The notes below the pieces were generated by a model that had not been told where the DNA came from, did not search any database, and was given only the letters and a program-made list of their open reading frames with translations. From assembly GCA_963716985.1 (NCBI GenBank), contig OY970323.1, positions 497,942 through 561,941 on the forward strand: a stretch of DNA of 64,000 nt, read 5' to 3'. Within the stretch, counting starts at the first letter, position 1, and each line of letters opens with the position of its first letter. The translations under genes and the position numbers were made by a program. The stretch comes from an uncultured bacterium (GTDB lineage Bacteria; Chlamydiota; Chlamydiia; Chlamydiales; SM23-39). Below, in pieces: positions 26,563-34,807 of this stretch.

Positions 26563-27682
26563 ATTTTTCTCCCCTTTTTTGGATTATAGTTGCGAGCAAA
26601 AATAGAATTATGGACATTAAAAGAATTAATTTCTCTCCTGGATTAAAAAAAACTATAATAAAAACACCAATTATTGACGATAATGATATAATAAGATCAA
26701 TAATGCCGCAAGTCATTCCTCTATAGTTTGCAGAAGTTGCAGATAAAACAACATCAAAAACAAAAGGCAGATAAAATCCCCCTAAATTAGAGAACAGCAT
26801 CAGCTGATATGGCAAATCAATATTTAAATCCGGAACTAAGTAGTCAGTAATAAGAGGGACAACAGATAAAAGGACTCCAATCCCAAAGCAGAACGTAAGT
26901 AATGACAAGTGGGGTATTTTTCTATAAAATATCCCCACCAGGACTCCTATTAAAGATCCGATTCCCAGAGCAGAAAATAAACCTTCATTAAAAGCAAGAT
27001 TTTCAAAGAACGTATCAGATATAAAGAAAACAAGCTGTCCAGGAAAAAGCGCGCTTAGGGTATAAAAAGCTCTTTTACTGCTTTTTTCATGGGCAAAATT
27101 TTTCGCAATCTCAATGTGATGTTCTTGCCTTATATCTTTTCTGTCTTTAAAAAATAAAAAACTAATCGCTGTATTAACAACTAATGTAATCAATGCGGCT
27201 ATCAATATGTCCGATGCGATGAAATCATTTATTGTCAAATAGAAACACCATGGAATAAATTGGGCTATAAAAGTAATCGCCATCAATTTAGCTTTCGATT
27301 TTCTAGGAAAGTTATCTACCAAAGCTGCTCTAACAACCGGAGATGGGTTGAAAAAGAATCCAATAAGAAATAATGGGAATATACTAAAGTTTTGCCACAG
27401 TAAAAGAGGCAAAATCACTACACCAAATATCTGTGTAATAACCAATATCTTTTTCCTGGAATACTTATCTGAAAGATATCCTAGTACGAAGCCACCAATT
27501 GCTTGAGCTGAACGCCATGCAAAAAATTTAATTTTAGATTCGTTAATAGGAGCGTGTAAATAGACCTCAATTGCGATTACTTCAAATAAAAAAATAACAA
27601 CAAGCATTGGGATTAGAGCAATAATAAATTCATAAATCCCTTCGCTTTTTATTTGAGCTTTTTTATCAACCATATTCTCCAC
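26555..27682 (-). CDS. MFS-type transporter
   Basis: It has many hydrophobic segments and a motif-A-like GYLSDKYSRKKILVITQIFG. It overlaps the downstream methyltransferase gene by 8 nt. Confidence 0.65.
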   Translation of the reverse strand: MENMVDKKAQIKSEGIYEFIIALIPMLVVIFLFEVIAIEVYLHAPINESKIKFFAWRSAQAIGGFVLGYLSDKYSRKKILVITQIFGVVILPLLLWQNFSIFPLFLIGFFFNPSPVVRAALVDNFPRKSKAKLMAITFIAQFIPWCFYLTINDFIASDILIAALITLVVNTAISFLFFKDRKDIRQEHHIEIAKNFAHEKSSKRAFYTLSALFPGQLVFFISDTFFENLAFNEGLFSALGIGSLIGVLVGIFYRKIPHLSLLTFCFGIGVLLSVVPLITDYLVPDLNIDLPYQLMLFSNLGGFYLPFVFDVVLSATSANYRGMTCGIIDLIISLSSIIGVFIIVFFNPGEKLILLMSIILFLLATIIQKRGEKYA

Positions 27683-27728
27683 GCAAGTCGATTTAACCTT
27701 TCTTCAGCAAGATGCATTTCACTCTCGT

Positions 27729-28367
27729 TTACTCATAGCTCTTTTTCATATTTGTCTGAATGCATCTAGCTATGGACGCTTTGGAAATGACCATAGTAGC
27801 TGAGAAAAGATTTTTAATGCCAATAATCATCAGCATTTGCACGGGAGCGGAAAAATGATCCAGTCCAAGCATATGCACATAAATGGGCGATGCAATGCCT
27901 GTAACTTGAAGGGAGATCACTAAAGACAAAACCGTGATGATCATCGAAAATATCCGATAGCTTTTGGGATCTCTTTTATCCACAATAATTCCCTGGATTG
28001 GAGCTACAAGCGACTGACAGCCAAGAAAAACAAAAAAGATCCATGCAGGAGAAGCAACTTTCAATGCCATGTAAATTAAAGCAGCATCAACTGCCAGATC
28101 TACCAGCATATCAAACATCGCTCGAATCGAAACAGGCGTGGTTCTTTCTTCATCTCCCACTTCAAGAGGAAACATTTGAGTCCAAAATAACCACTCTGAA
28201 AAAAACCTAGTCGTAATGAAAAATCCAATAAATAACAGAAGAGAAAAATTCGCATCCATCTTCAAGACAATGGCGAGAGCAATTGCAGGAAGTAAAAAGG
28301 TGCTTGCTGTTGCAAGCCCACTGACGAATCCAAAATTACTTCTCATTTTCTGCGTCTCAGAACTCAT
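27729..28367 (-). CDS. Multi-pass membrane protein (half-size, MFS-like loop motif)
   Basis: It has about six hydrophobic segments and GIIVDKRDPKSYRIFSMIITVL. Confidence 0.5.
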   Translation of the reverse strand: MSSETQKMRSNFGFVSGLATASTFLLPAIALAIVLKMDANFSLLLFIGFFITTRFFSEWLFWTQMFPLEVGDEERTTPVSIRAMFDMLVDLAVDAALIYMALKVASPAWIFFVFLGCQSLVAPIQGIIVDKRDPKSYRIFSMIITVLSLVISLQVTGIASPIYVHMLGLDHFSAPVQMLMIIGIKNLFSATMVISKASIARCIQTNMKKSYE

Positions 28368-28981
28368 AGGGTCTCTTTTAGAAAAGCTTTTCTCGCTGTT
28401 TTTATCAATGTTCGAACGCAGAAGCCAAAGACGACTATAGAAAAAACAGCTACGGCAATGGCAAGGCTATAGCCTACTTTTAAAGCTAATAGAGCAGCAG
28501 CGATTGTCGTTGCAACCCAAACCAAACTCATAGGAAATAGCCGGGCCAATAAAAAGATTCGATAATGGGTCAATTTGCTTTTCTCAAAAACTCCAAAAAG
28601 GGCTGGGTAATCATGTTCTTTTTCCATGAGCAATCCCTTATCCACGCATAAAGCAACTTCTGTAATGTCTTTGAAATCCCTTCTGAGACTTAGCATCAAC
28701 AGAAGAAAGCATCCTATACCAGGGATAAAAACTCCAAACGAAATGGTTGGGACCATCCCATAATTGTGTAAAAAGTAAGATGCAAAAGTAGTCAGCGTGA
28801 ATAATCCCATGATCTTCCAGTAGAAAAACTCACGGTCTGAATGCTGTCTCAGAAAATGCCAATAAAGATCTATCAAATGTTTATATGCGAAATATGCGTC
28901 TTCTGGGGAAAGATCCTCTTCTTTTTTGGAAAAATTGACTAGCATGAAACCCCATTTTTTTAAATTTATTCTTATTGGCAC
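28364..28981 (-). CDS. Membrane protein of unknown function
   Basis: 205 aa with about four hydrophobic segments. It overlaps the next gene by 4 nt, consistent with an operon. Confidence 0.5.
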   Translation of the reverse strand: MPIRINLKKWGFMLVNFSKKEEDLSPEDAYFAYKHLIDLYWHFLRQHSDREFFYWKIMGLFTLTTFASYFLHNYGMVPTISFGVFIPGIGCFLLLMLSLRRDFKDITEVALCVDKGLLMEKEHDYPALFGVFEKSKLTHYRIFLLARLFPMSLVWVATTIAAALLALKVGYSLAIAVAVFSIVVFGFCVRTLIKTARKAFLKETL

Positions 28982-29062
28982 AATATCAAAGCCTCTGAGT
29001 GGAAATCTAGTACAAAATTCTGATCAGAGCCATTCCCGATCAGCAATTCCCGCCCGTATTGA

Positions 29063-29425
29063 AAAAGAACAAGGCCGCCACTTCTCTGTTTTTCATCAGG
29101 TATTTTTGAAGCCATTTTAGGGGCAATTTTTCTCGATTCTTCCTTTGAATCGGTAAAGAAATTTCTTTTCTCCCACTTTGAAGCGGATTTTCTTTTCGCT
29201 CTTCAGACGCCTGCCCATAACTATAAGGCAGATCTTCAGGACTTTTTACAAAAAATGGTCCAGAAAAAGCCCTCCTATCAGGTAGTAGAAGAGACGGGCC
29301 TCTCGCATGCGAAAATCTTCTCTGTGAAGGTGTGCTTAGACTCTCGAGAGCTTGGGTTTGGCAGCGGCTCTTTCAAAAAAGAGGCCGAGCAGTTAGCGGC
29401 AAAGGAGGCTCTTGCGAGGCTCTAA
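29063..29425 (+). pseudogene. rnc: RNase III, C-terminal remnant (end of the catalytic domain plus dsRBD); N-terminus missing or frameshifted
   Basis: GIFEAILGAIFLDSSFESVKKF...NYKADLQDFLQK...GLSHAKIFSVKVCLDSRELGFGSGSFKKEAEQLAAKEALARL. The frame is closed upstream at 29060. Only a weak out-of-frame continuation reaches back to the gene ending at 28981. Confidence 0.7.
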
Positions 29426-29519
29426 TCCGTCGATGCTGTTTGATCTTAGCCTTTCAGCATTCGATCCACCCCGGCTTTTGGTATTGTTCTCTGCCTTTCC
29501 AGGTTTTTGAAAGCAAATG

Positions 29520-31184
29520 CTATTTGGGCCAATGAAAAATCGAGCGCAAATGATCGAGCAGCCTTTTTTCCCAATCATTATTTTGCACAAACGAGGTGCG
29601 TGGATTTTTTAGGCAATACTCCACCTGTTGGCAGAGGGGGATGGAGAGATCTGCCTTGTGTCCCGCGCCCATTTGTTCAAGGACCGATCCGTTGGCCTCT
29701 TCCCAAAGATAGGAATGGAGGATCAAAAGATAGGTGGACGAGCGAAGAACTTCCGAGACCATGGCGCCGCCGGCCTTTGAAATTGTTACGGGACAGATAT
29801 TTAGTAGCTCATTCCACTGCTGAGAAGAAAGCAATCCATAGAAGGCAAATCGTTTGGAAGAGCCCGCTTTTCGGCTGAGCTTTTCTTTTAATTGAGCGTT
29901 GGTTCCTAAGGCAAAAAGATATTTCATATCCTCTTTTTCGCTCTTTGCTAGCTGATCGAAAATTTCTTCTAGGATGCCGGCGCCGTTTCTTCCCATAGAA
30001 ACAAGGATAGGAGTTTGGGTAGGCAGGATGTTCCATTTTTTTCTAAGATCTTCCCTCTTTTCAAAAGAGTCGATACGATTGATTTCTTTGCGAAGGGGAT
30101 AGCCTAAAAGCTCAAATTGTTTTTCGATGATCTCTTGAGGCTCTTCTGTGATTTGAGCAATTTTTCCCATGAGTGTTTTTGGTTCATCTTGCTCGTCATA
30201 GAGATCCATCCGATTGTTTTTGAGAAACAAGGGGCGGAAGATGCGAGGCTTTAAGCTTGGGAGCCAGAATCTGAGCATCTCGGGGTCGATCTTCCCATAA
30301 AGGCCCATTAAGTAAGAGGAGAGCTCGTAGTCGCTATGGAACATCCGAAAGGGGATGCCGAGCGTGCAAAGAGGAATGTCGTCCATTGTGTAGCTTCGAG
30401 TTGAAATGATGAGATCGGGTTGGAGCCGGCGCATCAGTTCCTTTAGCTGTAATCCCAGGCAGGAGGGAATGTATTTTCCGATTTGTTTACTGAGAGTGTC
30501 TCGCTTTTTTAAGGGAGCCTTGCCCTGATTTGCCTGTTGGAAAAGATCGGCGTAAACGCCATCGAATGTCATAGCTCCGGTTGCGCGCATGAGCAGATCC
30601 CATTTTCTTGCTATCTTTTCGACATCGATGAGGATCGGGCGCATATGTTTCGTCGAAGATAAAAAACTCTCGAAAGCCTGTGCCACCGCATAATTTCCGC
30701 CGCTTGCCGAGGTGGTGAGTAGCGCAATCGTATAAAAAGGGGGATCTTTTTTTAAAGAGAGCGGCGCACGCGCGGGGATGTTTGCTATCTTACAGAATTG
30801 CTCGAGTAATTCTTGATGCTGTCCAAACCACTCAAGAAGATCTCTATTCTCTTCCTTTACAGCTTTGATGAGAGAATTTTTCGGAGAAAATTGAAGAGAG
30901 CCGAATAAAACGCATACCTTGAGAAGCGCTTTGGAAAAGCTCTCCTTCATCTCTTCCGGTAAATGGGGAAGAATGTGGCAAGAGTAAGCTTTTTGGATAA
31001 TGTCGGCTTGTTCGGGATCTTTTAAAACAAAAGCGAGATCTTCATGGAGAGGGGTGGCATAGGGGATTTTCGGATGTTTTTTTCCCTGGTAGTCAATCAG
31101 AACGTCGTGATCGATCTGATAAAGATTTTCTAGAAAAGAGGAGGTGTCGGGCCCATTGGGGGTCGATTGGCGAGAAAATAACAC
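29520..31184 (-). CDS. Glycosyltransferase, MurG/MGDG-synthase-like (GT28-type) with a ~150-aa N-terminal extension
   Basis: IALLTTSASGGNYAVAQAFESFL is a G-rich N-domain motif. The C-terminal region is PILVSMGRNGAG...VTISKAGGAMVSEVL. Confidence 0.55.
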   Translation of the reverse strand: MLFSRQSTPNGPDTSSFLENLYQIDHDVLIDYQGKKHPKIPYATPLHEDLAFVLKDPEQADIIQKAYSCHILPHLPEEMKESFSKALLKVCVLFGSLQFSPKNSLIKAVKEENRDLLEWFGQHQELLEQFCKIANIPARAPLSLKKDPPFYTIALLTTSASGGNYAVAQAFESFLSSTKHMRPILIDVEKIARKWDLLMRATGAMTFDGVYADLFQQANQGKAPLKKRDTLSKQIGKYIPSCLGLQLKELMRRLQPDLIISTRSYTMDDIPLCTLGIPFRMFHSDYELSSYLMGLYGKIDPEMLRFWLPSLKPRIFRPLFLKNNRMDLYDEQDEPKTLMGKIAQITEEPQEIIEKQFELLGYPLRKEINRIDSFEKREDLRKKWNILPTQTPILVSMGRNGAGILEEIFDQLAKSEKEDMKYLFALGTNAQLKEKLSRKAGSSKRFAFYGLLSSQQWNELLNICPVTISKAGGAMVSEVLRSSTYLLILHSYLWEEANGSVLEQMGAGHKADLSIPLCQQVEYCLKNPRTSFVQNNDWEKRLLDHLRSIFHWPK

Positions 31185-31543
31185 AGCATAATCCTAAATA
31201 ATTAATGTGAAATTATTTTTATAAAACCATCTGATAATTTTAATGTCCGTATAAAAATTTAGCAAGAAAAACGCTCATTTTGCAACAATTCCCGCTGAAA
31301 AATTTTCTCCTCGATGATTGATCAATTTTACGAAAATTTTTTCGTAAACCCCCACTTTTTTGGCATAAAATTTTCAGTAGCTTCGAGGAGAAAAATGCAG
31401 TTTTTGCTCAATTTTTTAGCAAAAACAATTAAGCCTTTTAAAATAAACAACTTGTTCAGCGGGAATTGGTGCACGTAAAATCGAACTGTTGCTTTTAAAG
31501 AAAGTGAAGAATACCCTTAAAAAACAGTTTTTTAAGAAAAAAT

Positions 31544-33229
31544 ATGGTTAGCCATTTGCAAAATCCCTTTATTGTTCAGGGGGACATGACGGTCTTGGCA
31601 GAGGTGCATTCTCCTTTGTATGAAAATGCCAGGGATCAATTGGCTCGTTTTGCTGAGCTGGTCAAGTCACCGGAGCACATGCATACCTATCGCATGACTC
31701 CACTTTCCATTTGGAATGCCGCCGCCGCCGGTTATTCATGTCAGGAAATGATGGATACATTACAGACTTTTTCTAAATATGAGGTTCCCCGACATGTTTT
31801 TCAAGAAATGCAGGAATTGGCCTCCCGCTTTGGCAAATTGAAGATTTATAAGGCCGAAAAAGAGGGATCCCTTCTCTTAGAAGCACAAAACGAATTTTTG
31901 GCAGAAGAATTGGTCCATCATAAAGAGGTAGGTCCTTATTTATCGAATCGAATCGATCAAACAAGCTTTTGTATTCCGATAGCCCTTAGAGGAAAACTCA
32001 AAATTGAATTGATCCGTATGGGATGGCCTGCTGAAGATTTGGCAGGATATATAGACGGGGAAAAACTCTCTCTCTCCCTTAGAAAAATTTCCCTTTCGGG
32101 AAGACCATTTGATCTTCGGGATTATCAAAAGAAAGCAGCCCAAGTTTTTTATGATCAGGGAAGTGTTAAGGGAGGGGCCGGAGTGATCGTTCTCCCCTGC
32201 GGTGCCGGTAAAACGATTGTTGGCATTTCAGTCTTATCCCAAGTTGGATCATCGGTTCTTATTTTAACGACAAGCGTAAGCGCTGTCAGACAATGGAAGT
32301 CGGAGATTTTAGATAAAACCTCTATCGATGAGAGTCTTGTGGGAGAGTATTCGGGACATGTTAAAGAATTAAAACCCATTACGATTTCGACCTATCAGAT
32401 ATTAACCCATCGAAAAAGTGAAGCCGACCCCTTTCTTCATTTTCGCCTTTTCTCCGAAAGAGAATGGGGGCTCATTATTTACGATGAGGTCCATGTCCTT
32501 CCTGCTCCTGTCTTTCAAATCACAGCCGAAATCCAATCAAAAAGAAGATTGGGATTGACGGCAACTTTAGTGAGGGAGGACGGAAAAGAGACCGAAGTTT
32601 TTGCTTTAATTGGACCTAAAAAGTTTGACATTCCCTGGAAAGTGCTGGAAAAGGAGAATTGGATCGCAAAAGCACTCTGTTTGGAGGTTAGAATCCCTCT
32701 TCCCGAGTCGATCAAAATGAAATATGCACTTGCAGATCGTCGAGATAAATTTCGCATTGCGTCTGAAAATCCCGACAAATTTCGCATGGTTAAAAAAATT
32801 TTAAAAAAACATCAGGGCTTGCCTACCCTCATTATCGGACAGTATATTGAACAATTAGAAAAATTGGCGAAAGAATTAGACCTTCCTCTCATTGATGGTA
32901 AAACCCCACAAAAAAAACGGGATCTTCTTTTTCAAAAATTTAAAGAGGGAAAAATAACAAAATTAGTTGCGTCAAAAATTGCCAATTTTGCTTTGGATCT
33001 ACCCGATGCACAACTAGCGATTCAAATCTCAGGAACATATGGCTCAAGGCAAGAAGAGGCCCAAAGATTAGGGAGAATTTTGCGGCCGAAAAGCGGGCAA
33101 AATCGGGCCTATTTTTATACTTTGGTTTCTCAAGACACAAACGAAATGGATTTTTCTCGCAATAGACAGCTTTTTTTAACGGAACAAGGATATGCTTATG
33201 AAATTTGCTATTCTAAAGATTTTTCATAA
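31544..33229 (+). CDS. XPB/Rad25/Ssl2-type SF2 DNA helicase
   Basis: Walker A LPCGAGKT, DEVH (IIYDEVHVLPA), LGLTATLVREDGKE including the XPB-specific RED motif, and motif VI QRLGRILRP. The N-terminal damage-recognition-type domain is FIVQGDMTVLAEVHSPLYENARDQLARFAELV... Confidence 0.85.
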   Translation: MVSHLQNPFIVQGDMTVLAEVHSPLYENARDQLARFAELVKSPEHMHTYRMTPLSIWNAAAAGYSCQEMMDTLQTFSKYEVPRHVFQEMQELASRFGKLKIYKAEKEGSLLLEAQNEFLAEELVHHKEVGPYLSNRIDQTSFCIPIALRGKLKIELIRMGWPAEDLAGYIDGEKLSLSLRKISLSGRPFDLRDYQKKAAQVFYDQGSVKGGAGVIVLPCGAGKTIVGISVLSQVGSSVLILTTSVSAVRQWKSEILDKTSIDESLVGEYSGHVKELKPITISTYQILTHRKSEADPFLHFRLFSEREWGLIIYDEVHVLPAPVFQITAEIQSKRRLGLTATLVREDGKETEVFALIGPKKFDIPWKVLEKENWIAKALCLEVRIPLPESIKMKYALADRRDKFRIASENPDKFRMVKKILKKHQGLPTLIIGQYIEQLEKLAKELDLPLIDGKTPQKKRDLLFQKFKEGKITKLVASKIANFALDLPDAQLAIQISGTYGSRQEEAQRLGRILRPKSGQNRAYFYTLVSQDTNEMDFSRNRQLFLTEQGYAYEICYSKDFS

Positions 33230-33391
33230 AGGAGTGAGCTCGTCAACAAATAACCTCTCCCCAGGAACGAATATATGCACCTTGGAATGCCGCCTCAATT
33301 CCGGGCTCTTATGGTTACATTTATTTAAACAAAAAACAATAGGAGCAGCGCTTTCCTCCCACCCCTAAAGAAGAGAGTTTCGCGCTGTCAA

Positions 33392-34807
33392 ATGAAGATG
33401 AAATTTGAAGAGAAGCTCAAAAAAACCTTGTATGATGTTTGTTCTCTTGGTGATTTGAAAAAAATTTGCAAAGCAAGAAAATTTCCCCCTTTGCCCTCTT
33501 CGGTAAAAAAAGAAGAATATGCCCAGTATGTGGAGAGGAAATTTGCAACCGAAGAGGGAGTTGAGGAAGTTTGTAAAACCCTTTCGGCAGAAGAGCTGAA
33601 TATTTTGAGAGTTTTGTGTGCATTGGAAAATCCTTTAACCCTTTCCGATGTATATTATTTTTTCGATGAAGAGGATGATGATTTCTTCGAAAAGAAAAAG
33701 CTAGAAGAGATCAAAACCAGGTTATTATGGAAAGGACTGGTTCTCCTTTATCCTTCTCGGGAATACGAAAGCGGGAGGTGTTTGCATGCGCATTTCTCTT
33801 TAATCGAATTTCCAAGACAGTTTGAAAAATTTATCCCCCCACTTTTTATTCCACTTAAGCCTATAGAAAAAAATCCCCCCATCGAAGATTGGAGAAAGTT
33901 GGCCAAAAGCATTTTGCTTACCGATTTTCAAGAAAAAAACAATAAAGAAAATCGGTTTTTTTCTTTACAAGGAGGAATATTATCCTGTGGTGGAATAAAA
34001 AATCCTTCCATAGAGAATCTCTATGAGGTTTTTTCTAAAAGCTGGTTGAAAATTTGTGCTACGAAGTCATCAAAATTCCCAAATCCCCAACCTTGGACAG
34101 AGGAACAGCTTGGTAATATTCGTAGATATCTTCTGGAAAAAATTCCCCAGGATAAAATGATTGCAAAAAAGGAACTTTTTATCCTTTTTGCAAATTTTGG
34201 ATGCGATTTTGACGAAAGTTCGAAAGATCAATTTATTAAATTTGGGATCGAATTTGGGTTTTTGGGAGTTATTCTTTTGAACGGGGAAGAATATTTTACC
34301 ATCCACATTCATGAAGAAAAAACGATCTTGCCGGAAACGCCCCTTGTTTTTGAAGAGAAGGGAGATAGGGTAAGGTTTTCCTTGAAGAGCGAAAAAGATC
34401 TTGTTCATTTATTGACACTCGCAAAAATCTCTTCCGTAGATATGGAAAATGATCTTTTTTTCTTTAAGCCCGATGGAATAAAATTGGGGTCTTTTTACGA
34501 GAGCATTCCCGGTTCTTGGATAGAGGAATGTAAAAAAATCTCGACTCTTTATCGTGGTTTTTTTGAAAGAATCGAGATGTTAAGAAAAAAAATTTTTGTC
34601 CATAGCAATCTCATTATTTTCCGTATAAAAAGTTTGGATATTCGAATGGTGTTTATTGAGAATTTTGGAGAAAAGATGTGGAATTTGGGAAAGGATTACT
34701 TTGCAGTTTCTAAGGAGGACTATCCCATTTTTCTTGAATGTGCAAAAAAGAAGGGTTTTGTTGCTAAGATTCTAAGGAGAAATACATTAAATGGATCAAT
34801 CGAGTGA
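33392..34807 (+). CDS. Uncharacterised XPB-associated protein 1 (471 aa)
   Basis: A long ORF on the same strand, 162 nt after the XPB stop. I recognised no catalytic motif. The C-terminal ...DYFAVSKEDYPIFLECAKKKGFVAKIL echoes XPB ...SFCIPIALRGKLKIELIRMGWPAEDL. Confidence 0.7.
   Translation: MKMKFEEKLKKTLYDVCSLGDLKKICKARKFPPLPSSVKKEEYAQYVERKFATEEGVEEVCKTLSAEELNILRVLCALENPLTLSDVYYFFDEEDDDFFEKKKLEEIKTRLLWKGLVLLYPSREYESGRCLHAHFSLIEFPRQFEKFIPPLFIPLKPIEKNPPIEDWRKLAKSILLTDFQEKNNKENRFFSLQGGILSCGGIKNPSIENLYEVFSKSWLKICATKSSKFPNPQPWTEEQLGNIRRYLLEKIPQDKMIAKKELFILFANFGCDFDESSKDQFIKFGIEFGFLGVILLNGEEYFTIHIHEEKTILPETPLVFEEKGDRVRFSLKSEKDLVHLLTLAKISSVDMENDLFFFKPDGIKLGSFYESIPGSWIEECKKISTLYRGFFERIEMLRKKIFVHSNLIIFRIKSLDIRMVFIENFGEKMWNLGKDYFAVSKEDYPIFLECAKKKGFVAKILRRNTLNGSIE

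Noticed and set aside
28990-29062. Possible upstream continuation of rnc in another frame (…GNLVQNSDQSHSRSAIPARIEKEQGRHFSVFHQVF)
   Set aside because: The similarity to the RNase III catalytic region is too weak to assert, and the space is too short for a full N-terminal domain. I kept this only as a remark under the rnc pseudogene.
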